Made by a program: the position numbers and the translations under genes. This document shows, piece by piece, positions 37,858 to 44,753 of a stretch of DNA of 44,753 nucleotides (position 1 is its first letter; each line of letters opens with the position of its first letter). The notes below the pieces were generated by a model that did no database searches, had not been told where the DNA came from, and saw only the letters and a program-made list of their open reading frames with translations. The stretch is from assembly GCA_031416685.1 (NCBI GenBank), contig JANOUF010000095.1, positions 1 through 44,753 on the forward strand, in the 5' to 3' direction. The DNA is from Bdellovibrionales bacterium (lineage in GTDB: Bacteria; Bdellovibrionota; Bdellovibrionia; Bdellovibrionales; JAMPXM01).

Positions 37858-37964
37858 TCACGTTCACCCGCGACGCCCTAACTTCCGGCTGGCGGCCGCC
37901 GTTGCAAGCTATAAACGACTGCTTTGCAATAAACGGCGGATCGCTTTTTGAATTCAGTCCTTTT

Positions 37965-38483
37965 ATGGCTTCAATACCGTCACAACAAATTGAGCAACTG
38001 ATATTTGTGGTTCGCAATGTTCGAGTCCTGCTGGATTCCGATCTCGCAATTCTCTACGGAACTTCAACCAAACGACTCAATGAGCAGGTGAAGAGGAACC
38101 TTGGCAGATTTCCCACGGACTTCATGTTCCGACTCAGCCTAGAAGAGTATGAAAACTTGAAGTCGCAATTTGCGACTTCAAGTTTTGAACACGGTGGTCG
38201 TCGAAAGTTGCCCCTCGTTTTCACCGAACACGGCGCTATAATGCTCGCAAGCGTATTGAGTAGTCCCGTTGCTGTCAGTGCGAGTATTCAGGTGGTGAGA
38301 GCCTTCATCAATCTGAGACGGCTGCTTCAGAGCAATATCGAACTCGCCCGCAAGTTAGACAGCCTCGAGACAAAGTACGACCAGCAGTTCAAGGTCGTCT
38401 TCGATGCCATCCGACAATTAATGATCCCTCCCGATCCGCCTCGTCGCAGGATCGGAATTCGCAGCGATGAAGAAACCGATTAA
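37965..38483 (+). CDS. ORF6N-domain (KilA-N-related) DNA-binding protein
   Basis: IFVVRNVRVLLDSDLAILYGTSTKRLNEQVKRNLGRFPTDFMFRL...GGRRKLPLVFTEHGAIMLASVL matches the ORF6N pattern seen in phage and mobile-element antirepressor-like proteins. The start is set at ATG 37965; the track begins at TTG 37902. Confidence 0.75.
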   Translation: MASIPSQQIEQLIFVVRNVRVLLDSDLAILYGTSTKRLNEQVKRNLGRFPTDFMFRLSLEEYENLKSQFATSSFEHGGRRKLPLVFTEHGAIMLASVLSSPVAVSASIQVVRAFINLRRLLQSNIELARKLDSLETKYDQQFKVVFDAIRQLMIPPDPPRRRIGIRSDEETD

Positions 38484-38548
38484 TGACACTGGTTTCGTGC
38501 TCAGAGCGTGACTTGAAAATTCTCGGCTTAACGTGCACCCGCATGACA

Positions 38549-38698
38549 GTGAGCAGTGAAGCAGTCGAGAGAATCTGAATCCGTCTAGTTGGCAGTTATT
38601 GTCCAGTGACTGTCACTGTCCAGTAACTGTTCTGTAACTGTCACAGGACGGTCACGGTAGCAGGACAGATTCGGATTCCTTCGACCGATTCTGCTCAC
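38549..38698. repeat. Imperfect ~36-bp inverted repeat enclosing an array of short phased repeats
   Basis: Arms 38549-38585 and 38664-38698 match 8/8, 5/5 and 13/17 in three blocks. The core holds TGTCCAGT x2 (38600, 38617), ACTGT x4 (38609, 38615, 38626, 38637), GTAACTGT x2 spaced 11 bp apart, and GTCAC x3, plus one more GTCAC at 38717. Confidence 0.85.
38604..38618. promoter_or_regulatory. 15-bp perfect palindrome CAGTGAC-T-GTCACTG, a candidate dimeric protein-binding site
   Basis: The palindrome is read directly from the sequence at the centre of the repeat cluster. A regulatory role is inference only. Confidence 0.3.
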
Positions 38699-38730
38699 CG
38701 TACTTCCACTGACACCGTCACCGAAAACTT

Positions 38731-38762
38731 AAAAAAAAACGGCAGCTCCAGTGCAGCCGCCG
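38731..38762 (-). terminator. Strong rho-independent terminator on the minus strand
   Basis: Minus strand CGGCGGCT-GCACTGG-AGCTGCCG forms an 8-bp stem with one G-U pair, followed by T9. It lies 120 nt downstream of the stop of the 38882..39844 gene. Confidence 0.8.
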
Positions 38763-38881
38763 TCAACAATCAGTTCTGGGACACAAGTGAGGGGAATGTG
38801 CCCAAAAACCTATAAACCGTTTTTTTCATATGTGGTCATCGATCTCAATTTAAAAACGTTTTTGTGAAGAAAACTAAAGAA

Positions 38882-39844
38882 TCAGAACGCCATCCACTTA
38901 ACACCGAGAGTCAGCAGATTTGCGGTATAGCGAAACTGCTCATCGCTCGAATTGTTATCGAACACGTAGACGTCAAAAAGCAGTGCTAGGTCGCGCATAA
39001 CGGTTTTTTCAATTCCTGCATGAAACGATTTGATCGTGTCTTCGCGATTGAAAGAGTTAAAAACTCGAGTTTCCAACTGAAAATCACTGGCGACGATAAA
39101 ACCGTTTCCAAGATCCAAGTTTAGAGATGCTAACGCAAAAAGGTCTGTGCGGTTGTAATCGTCAATGTTGGCGGTCGATTGCGCTCGACCAACCTCGCCG
39201 CTTAAGACAAGCGTGGAGCTTAACGGAAATTCGCCTCGAACATGCGCACGCCATGCAGAGTCTTGATGCTTAACGCGTTGATAGTTTTTTTGTGAAAATT
39301 GTAGAGAAGGTCCGATGCGGAACTTAGGAAATTTATAGAGTGCCGACCCCTCGAGAGCAAAATAGAAAAAGCTAGAGGGAAGAGCGAGTGTCGACGTGAA
39401 ACTGCCGGGAGTCGAATACGGAGAACCCGTCCGTGCATTGCGAGTTCGAAGAATGTCTGCATTGTCAGTGCGGTCACCAGCAAAATTTCCTGCGAAGTGA
39501 AAATTGGAATCAAGTTCGAGTTTATCCTCGAGATGGTAGGAACGATAGCCGGGACCGACATCGAAAAAAGTCGAACTTGCTTGTGACGAAGCGCTGACGA
39601 TTTTAGTATCGCTTACGCCAAAAAAGTAGAGCTTATCGCCTGAGCTTCCTTGGTCCCAACCAAACCAACCTATTCCGAGCAAACGCGAGAAAAGGGAACT
39701 TCGCTTTGCGGCCGACCCATCCTGGTGCATAAAAATATTGTCGTTGTAGCCACCTTGGGCCACAACATCGACAGCATGCTCATTAGCAATACCGGCGGCG
39801 TTTACACAGATTGAAATGATGAAAAGCAAAGCCAATAAACGCAT
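38882..39844 (-). CDS. Outer-membrane beta-barrel protein, family unknown
   Basis: Signal MRLLALLFIISICVNAAG from ATG 39844 (the track start at 39853 is a GTG). Alternating beta-strand pattern. The C-terminus ends in Phe (LGVKWMAF). Confidence 0.75.
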   Translation of the reverse strand: MRLLALLFIISICVNAAGIANEHAVDVVAQGGYNDNIFMHQDGSAAKRSSLFSRLLGIGWFGWDQGSSGDKLYFFGVSDTKIVSASSQASSTFFDVGPGYRSYHLEDKLELDSNFHFAGNFAGDRTDNADILRTRNARTGSPYSTPGSFTSTLALPSSFFYFALEGSALYKFPKFRIGPSLQFSQKNYQRVKHQDSAWRAHVRGEFPLSSTLVLSGEVGRAQSTANIDDYNRTDLFALASLNLDLGNGFIVASDFQLETRVFNSFNREDTIKSFHAGIEKTVMRDLALLFDVYVFDNNSSDEQFRYTANLLTLGVKWMAF

Positions 39845-39888
39845 ATCGGCCACACGCTACAGAACGGCAACCCTTTGAGTCAATCTTA

Positions 39889-42060
39889 TCAAAGCTCGCG
39901 GAGCTTGTTTCGACTGCCTACAATCCAAATAAGATCGCCGGGCTTGAGAATCAGATGTGATTCTGGATTCATAATTCGCTGACCATTTCGCTCGATGCCA
40001 ACAACGAGCACGTCATGCTTTTCGCGAAGTTGTGAACTCAAAATAGATTTTTCGCAAAACTGACTTTCTATAGTGATGCTGAGTAGCTTTATGTCAAAGT
40101 CCGTCAGTTCTTCCGCCGTCAAGTTAACGACACTTGCTTCAATAACTTTGCGAGCAGCTTCCATCTGTTCATCATTTGCGAGCACCAATAATTCATCTTC
40201 TGGGAATATGCGTTCGTCGCGAGTAGGTGCAACGATCACTCGAGACCCCCGTTGGATCGCAACGATGTTGAGACCAAAACGTTCGCGAAGTTTCGATTCA
40301 AGAAGATTATTACCGATGATTTCGGAATCAGGATGCACATGAAGCTGAGTTAAGTGCGACTCCCAAGGAGCCAATCGCTGCAATTGGCGTAAATGATCCT
40401 GATGTTTAGATTCCTTCTTAAATGACGCTAGGAACTGAGTTTCAAACCATCCGTAAGAAGCTTCAAGTTTTGGATAAACTAGCAAGATAAGGACTGCGAA
40501 AACGGCCGCAGCGATTAGCAACGTCGTCCACGCCGAGAGAAATTGCGTACTCAACGAAGCGACTAGGACCAATGTTAAAAAGCGACTTAAGAAAACGATG
40601 CCTTGATTGCGGGAATGCCGGAAAACCGCGCCCATAGCCCAAAGAAACGGTGCTGTTACGATACAAGTTGCAAGCCAGGCAAGCGCTTGTGCTGCGATTG
40701 GCTCGCGAATCCACTCGTGAGCTAGAGGCAGCAGTTGCGCAGCACTAATAATGAAAACGGCAGTTACCAAAACCGCATTTGCAACCCAAGTCACCATGAG
40801 CCGAGTTTCTGGAGGCTGATGATGCCCATGAGTCGGCTGCCAAACGGAAGCATAGCGCTCAAGCGTTTCTTTCATCCGCGTTGATAGGCGCATCTCGAGC
40901 AACTGATGAGCGCGTTCACTTACGCGCATAAACATCGGCGTCGTCAAGGTCGTGATGAGCGAAGCCGCGACGACGGATGAATAGAACTTTTCATCGGTAA
41001 TTGAATATTTAAGTCCAAAGCCAGCGATCAAAAACGAAAATTCACCAATTTGAGTCATCGCAAACGCAGACTGAATTGAGGAACGTAAACGTTGCCCGCT
41101 CAATACAGATCCAACCCCCACGAAAAGAATTTTTCCGAAAATGATGATCGCAGACATCAAGACAATGAGAGCCCATTCAGAAAGAAACATTTTTGGATTT
41201 ACCCGCATGCCGATGGACACGAAGAAAATCGCAACGAACAGATCACGAAATGGCCGAATGAGCTCTTCAATTTTTCGCGACTCTCTTGTTTCACCGATGA
41301 TGGAGCCCATAATGAAAGCCCCAAGTGCGAGGGAGTAGCCGAAGTAAGCACCGACACTTACGAGCATTAGGCACAAACCGAGAGACAAAATAATCAAGAG
41401 CTCGTTGCTCTTCATTTTTGCGGCCCACGATAAGAAGCGTGGTACTAAGAAGAAGCCGACTAGCATCCAAACACCGACAACAAGAAGCATTTGCGCTAAA
41501 AGAATAAGTAAACCTAGGCCCTGCACCTCTCCGCGGGTGACTAGGCTCGTAAGTGCCACGAGCATCAAGATTGCTGCAAGATCTTCAATGACAAGGATTC
41601 CAAACACATGTTCGCGGAAACGTCGGCGAGCGAGATCCAAGTTCTCAAGAGATTTAACGATAATTGTAGTGGACGAAATACTCACAACTGCGCCAAGAAA
41701 AAGACTAGGAAGCAATTCCCATCCAAGTAGTTGCGCGACTCCAAAACCGACAATGAACATACACGTAATTTCAAATGCGCCAGTGAACGCCGCGCGCACA
41801 CCGACGGCAGCGAGTCTTCTAAAGCTGAAGTCGAGTCCTAAGGTGAACATCAGGAAGATGACACCAAGCTCGCCCCAAACTTCGATGTTCGGCATATCCG
41901 TAACGGTCGGGAAGAAATGAACATGCGGGCCGACAACGATTCCGGCGATTATGTACCCAAGAATGACCGGCAGTCTCAGCCAATGAAAGATGAAAGAGAC
42001 TGTTGCTGCTGCAATGAGAATAACCGTTAGGTCATGAATCAGGGGCGGTAAATGCAGCAC
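39889..42060 (-). CDS. CPA2-family monovalent cation:proton antiporter with two C-terminal RCK_C (TrkA_C) domains
   Basis: The N-terminal ~380 aa form a Na+/H+ exchanger-type polytopic core (GYIIAGIVVGP, GLDFS), followed by extra TM segments and two TrkA_C-like repeats (IVAIQRGSRVIVAP...DELLVL and VVGIERNGQRIMNP...GDLIWIVG). The GTG start lies 2 nt after the upstream stop. Confidence 0.85.
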   Translation of the reverse strand: MLHLPPLIHDLTVILIAAATVSFIFHWLRLPVILGYIIAGIVVGPHVHFFPTVTDMPNIEVWGELGVIFLMFTLGLDFSFRRLAAVGVRAAFTGAFEITCMFIVGFGVAQLLGWELLPSLFLGAVVSISSTTIIVKSLENLDLARRRFREHVFGILVIEDLAAILMLVALTSLVTRGEVQGLGLLILLAQMLLVVGVWMLVGFFLVPRFLSWAAKMKSNELLIILSLGLCLMLVSVGAYFGYSLALGAFIMGSIIGETRESRKIEELIRPFRDLFVAIFFVSIGMRVNPKMFLSEWALIVLMSAIIIFGKILFVGVGSVLSGQRLRSSIQSAFAMTQIGEFSFLIAGFGLKYSITDEKFYSSVVAASLITTLTTPMFMRVSERAHQLLEMRLSTRMKETLERYASVWQPTHGHHQPPETRLMVTWVANAVLVTAVFIISAAQLLPLAHEWIREPIAAQALAWLATCIVTAPFLWAMGAVFRHSRNQGIVFLSRFLTLVLVASLSTQFLSAWTTLLIAAAVFAVLILLVYPKLEASYGWFETQFLASFKKESKHQDHLRQLQRLAPWESHLTQLHVHPDSEIIGNNLLESKLRERFGLNIVAIQRGSRVIVAPTRDERIFPEDELLVLANDEQMEAARKVIEASVVNLTAEELTDFDIKLLSITIESQFCEKSILSSQLREKHDVLVVGIERNGQRIMNPESHLILKPGDLIWIVGSRNKLREL

Positions 42061-42062
42061 GA

Positions 42063-42416
42063 TTATTTAACCGACTGCAGGTACGCAGTTAAATTATCGA
42101 TATCCTTTTTAAGATACGGCATTGCGGGCATTGCTTTTGTTTCACGCTTTGGTTTGTAGCCTGGCGGGTAGGTCGCAGTTAGAATTCTTGCTTCAATCAA
42201 CTCTCGTGAGCTACCAGCAACCTCGGGTCCAACCGCGCCCGTGTGTGCTGGGTTTGTTGAATGGCACTGAATACAATTGAGTCTATAGACTTGCTCGCCT
42301 GCTCCCACATTGGGAGCAGCGACTTGCGATGTTGCGAGAGCTCCATCAGCTTCATTTTGCTTTTTTGTGCACGCACTCAATATAAGTAGCGTGCACAAGC
42401 AGATAGATACTTTCAA
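42063..42416 (-). CDS. Small c-type cytochrome lipoprotein
   Basis: Lipobox LILSAC, haem-binding CIQCH, and distal Met region TKAMPAMP. TTG start. Confidence 0.8.
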   Translation of the reverse strand: MKVSICLCTLLILSACTKKQNEADGALATSQVAAPNVGAGEQVYRLNCIQCHSTNPAHTGAVGPEVAGSSRELIEARILTATYPPGYKPKRETKAMPAMPYLKKDIDNLTAYLQSVK

Positions 42417-42431
42417 CTGGCAAAGCCTTTT

Positions 42432-43130
42432 TTAGATGAGTAAGCCGATCATCAAAATGAACACGACAAGCAAGATGAACCCACAAGTGAGAACACCCTT
42501 AACAGTTGTCATCGGGCCCATTTTTCCTTTGAAGACGTTGGCTTCGATTCCGCCAATGACGAGCAAAGATGCAATCCAGTAGGGAGCAAGGTTTTCAACC
42601 CCGTACATCCAATGGCGCGCAGAGAGCATGAAGAACAACATTGGAATCGAAAGCAAAACGTTTGTACGTGATGCCAGAGCCGCACGTGCCATACGAGGTG
42701 CGAGAGTTGTATTCGCTGGCTTCCCTGCGGCGACGTTAACTGCATTTGCAATAACATCACGTTGAGTTGGCCAGATCACCATCCAAACGTTTGTTCCCAT
42801 GACCATACCCATGAGGCCACCAGTCAGAATGTTCACCCAATACGATGACCACTGAAAGTTCGCACCTTGCTGTCCACCTTCCATGAGAAGGAGAATGATG
42901 CCGATGATCATTGTCCAAAGCGCTCCGTATCGGAACCACCAAAATGCGCGAGGGAACAACTTTTGTTGCGCCGTTGATTTTCCGGCAGCATCCAAATCGT
43001 TCATGTATCCGCCTTGAACGAAGTTCAAGTAGTACAAGTGGCCGATCCAAATCAGGCTCGCAAAGGTATGGAAAAAACGCAGGATGTGTTGGATTCCGCC
43101 CATGTCGAAAAGTGTGTTCAATGCTTGCAT
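42432..43130 (-). CDS. Polytopic membrane protein resembling the membrane domain of urate hydroxylase PuuD
   Basis: About 6 TM helices. The N-terminal ILRFFHTFASLIWIGHLYYLNFVQ resembles, from memory, the conserved start of PuuD-type membrane proteins. This family assignment is tentative. Confidence 0.7.
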   Translation of the reverse strand: MQALNTLFDMGGIQHILRFFHTFASLIWIGHLYYLNFVQGGYMNDLDAAGKSTAQQKLFPRAFWWFRYGALWTMIIGIILLLMEGGQQGANFQWSSYWVNILTGGLMGMVMGTNVWMVIWPTQRDVIANAVNVAAGKPANTTLAPRMARAALASRTNVLLSIPMLFFMLSARHWMYGVENLAPYWIASLLVIGGIEANVFKGKMGPMTTVKGVLTCGFILLVVFILMIGLLI

Positions 43131-43173
43131 GCTGTATGTCCCCCAAAAGGTGTATTGATGATCACGATGTATC

Positions 43174-44517
43174 TTAGAGAATGGATCCCGCTAGAATCAA
43201 GCGCGCAGATGTAAAGTAGATCACTAAACCTAATACGTCGACGAGCGTTGCGACGAACGGTGCTGACGCACTCGCGGGATCTAAGCCTATGCGTCGAAGA
43301 ATGAACGGAAGCATGCTGCCTGTGAGTGTACCGAAGGTCACAGTAGCGATGAGACTAATACCGACTGCAATGCCGACGAGTGCGTAATGTTCAGTGTAAA
43401 GGCTGATCGACTCCGGAAAAATTTGCGGCCAAACCCAAATTCGGAAGAAACCGAAGGTTGAAACGAGAATACCGAGAATAAGTCCGGTTACAAGCTCGCG
43501 GCCACAGACCCACCACCAATCGCGCAATCGTATTTCTTGGAGTGCCATTGCACGAATGATCAGTGTGGTTGCTTGTGAACCTGAATTTCCGCCGGAAGAA
43601 ATGATAAGCGGAATAAAGAGCGAAAGCACGACGGCGGTTTTAAGTTCATGCTCGAACTGCGCCATAGCTGAAGTCGTGATCATCTCGCCCAAGAAAAGCA
43701 CGAGTAGCCACGGACCACGCTTAAGTACCATCTGCCAAATTGTAACCGAAGGGTAGGGAGCATCGAGTGCTTCCATACCACCGACTTTTTGAATATCTTC
43801 GGTCGCTTCTTCTTGGCTGACATCGAGGATGTCATCGAGAGTGACGATACCCTGCATACGATTGTTTTCATCGACGACGGGAATTGCCACAAAGCGATGG
43901 TTCGTAAAAATCTTACTGACGTTTTCTTGGTCCATCTCGTCGGGAATTGTGACGAGTTCCGTTTCCATAATATCGGAAACGCGTTTTTCGGGTGCTGCGA
44001 CAAAAAGTTGGCGGAGTGAAATCACGCCTTGAAGAACTTGGTTTGAATCAAGGGCGTAGACGTAATGAACATGCTCAAGTTTGGAGAGAGCTTGTTTGCG
44101 TACGTATCGTATGGCTTCGGCAACGAGCATGTCGGGGCGAACGCGCGCAAATCGCGGATTCATCAGTCCGCCGGCTTCATCTTCGTTGTAAGAAAGAAGC
44201 GCGTTGATTTCTCGCCTGACTGTTTCATCGACGAGACTTAAGAGATCCGTTTTTAATTCTTCATAGGCATTTTGAATTGCATCGGCCGCATCATCTGGCG
44301 CAAGAAAACGAATCCAAAGTCTGCGCTCCGCGCGTACGAACGCATCGAGAAGCTGCACTTGATCGTGCACATCAAGTGATAAGAAAAAATCTTCGGCATC
44401 ATCATGATCAAGTGAACGAAAGAACGAGGCGCGCTCACCGGCCGGCAAATCTTTCCAGGAGTTGAGGAGAACCTCAATCCTGTTGACCGGTGCGGTTTCG
44501 TTGTTGGTTTCTTCCAT
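43174..44517 (-). CDS. mgtE: Magnesium transporter MgtE
   Basis: MgtE N-domain (acidic helical), a CBS pair (VYALDSNQVLQGVISLRQL and IPVVDENNRMQGIVTLDDI), and a 5-TM channel domain with GGNSGSQ and ATLVDVLGLVIYF. Confidence 0.92.
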   Translation of the reverse strand: MEETNNETAPVNRIEVLLNSWKDLPAGERASFFRSLDHDDAEDFFLSLDVHDQVQLLDAFVRAERRLWIRFLAPDDAADAIQNAYEELKTDLLSLVDETVRREINALLSYNEDEAGGLMNPRFARVRPDMLVAEAIRYVRKQALSKLEHVHYVYALDSNQVLQGVISLRQLFVAAPEKRVSDIMETELVTIPDEMDQENVSKIFTNHRFVAIPVVDENNRMQGIVTLDDILDVSQEEATEDIQKVGGMEALDAPYPSVTIWQMVLKRGPWLLVLFLGEMITTSAMAQFEHELKTAVVLSLFIPLIISSGGNSGSQATTLIIRAMALQEIRLRDWWWVCGRELVTGLILGILVSTFGFFRIWVWPQIFPESISLYTEHYALVGIAVGISLIATVTFGTLTGSMLPFILRRIGLDPASASAPFVATLVDVLGLVIYFTSARLILAGSIL

Positions 44518-44633
44518 GCGCGAACGACCCGTTTAAGGCTGTTTTTGTCTCTGCTTTTTAGCTTCGCAGTCTTGATTCGAGGCTCAAGCTTACGAGGCCT
44601 CAAGTCAAGCAAAGGAAGCGTTCAGGACGGTTC

Positions 44634-44655
44634 CGTGAGCCGTGAGCATGTGAGC
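44634..44655. repeat. Three tandem heptamers CGTGAGC CGTGAGC (A)TGTGAGC upstream of mgtE
   Basis: Read directly at 44634-44640, 44641-44647 and 44649-44655. Confidence 0.8.
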
Positions 44656-44665
44656 TGTCAGGCCT

Positions 44666-44744
44666 GGGGGGGGGCGGGGGGCGGGTTATGTGGAATGTTT
44701 TTTTTATAAATAAAACCCAAAAGAAAAAACAAAAAAACCCCCCC
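44666..44744. repeat. Homopolymer-rich low-complexity tract at the window end
   Basis: G9-C-G6-C-G3 at 44666-44685, T8 at 44698-44705, A6 at 44724-44729, A7 at 44731-44737 and C7 at 44738-44744. Confidence 0.9.
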
Positions 44745-44753
44745 AACGCCGAA

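Noticed and set aside
37858-38548. A tRNA gene or att-type direct repeats flanking the ORF6N gene, as evidence of an integrated element.
   Set aside because: No cloverleaf-compatible sequence or GTTCGAATC-type T-arm was seen. The only shared strings between the flanks are 7-8 nt (AAACGGC and GCCGCCGT), which is not significant.
38586-38663. A CRISPR-like or retron-like (msr/msd) interpretation of the repeat cluster.
   Set aside because: The repeats are 5-14 bp, contiguous or overlapping, with no unique spacers of 25-40 bp. There are no cas genes and no reverse transcriptase anywhere in the window.
44518-44633. M-box (ykoK) Mg2+ riboswitch, expected upstream of mgtE.
   Set aside because: Reading the minus strand, I cannot find the conserved core segments, such as GUUAGGUGAGGCUCC or CAGUGCUAAAGCUC. 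It cannot be excluded without Infernal, but nothing supports it.
1-44753. Genomic-island, defence-island or prophage signatures across the window, such as integrases, transposases, restriction-modification, toxin-antitoxin pairs, or an abrupt compositional shift.
   Set aside because: None was recognised. Apart from the lone ORF6N gene and the AbiEii-like NTase motif embedded in the cyanophycin operon, gene content looks like core chromosome, and composition appears uniform by eye.

Overview
This ~44.8 kb window is a gene-dense chromosomal segment from a Gram-negative bacterium. I call 44 protein-coding genes. I recognised no rRNA, tRNA, CRISPR array, transposase or integrase. The many secreted S1, S8 and M28 proteases, lipoproteins and beta-barrel OMPs suggest a Bdellovibrio-like or Oligoflexia-type organism, but that is inference only. 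Recognisable housekeeping genes are purE, purK, a tRNA-dihydrouridine synthase, cystathionine beta-synthase, a 4xS1-domain RNA-binding protein, mscL, mgtE, a CPA2 antiporter and a 3-hydroxyisobutyryl-CoA hydrolase-type enzyme. Five things look worth following up. (1) A four-gene, translationally coupled operon (17896-23363) places a pol-beta nucleotidyltransferase-BON fusion and a metallophosphoesterase in front of cyanophycin synthetase (cphA) and cyanophycinase (cphB). (2) A partner-switching cassette (31022-34210) has a membrane-sensor PP2C phosphatase, an N-terminally extended RsbW-like GHKL protein and a STAS protein with a Cys4 zinc-ribbon tail, with no sigma factor nearby. (3) Two structured non-coding loci are present: a perfect 28-bp inverted repeat around a 132-bp spacer (3963-4150), and a ~150-bp imperfect hairpin packed with phased short repeats next to an orphan ORF6N gene (38549-38698). 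(4) A divergent adenosine-deaminase-fold protein sits stop-to-stop against cphB. (5) A membrane protein plus a separate cytochrome c resemble a split PuuD-type oxidase, inside a mgtE-to-OMP gene run. The window ends in homopolymer-rich sequence that may be an assembly artefact. All product calls come from motifs read by eye; no database search was run.
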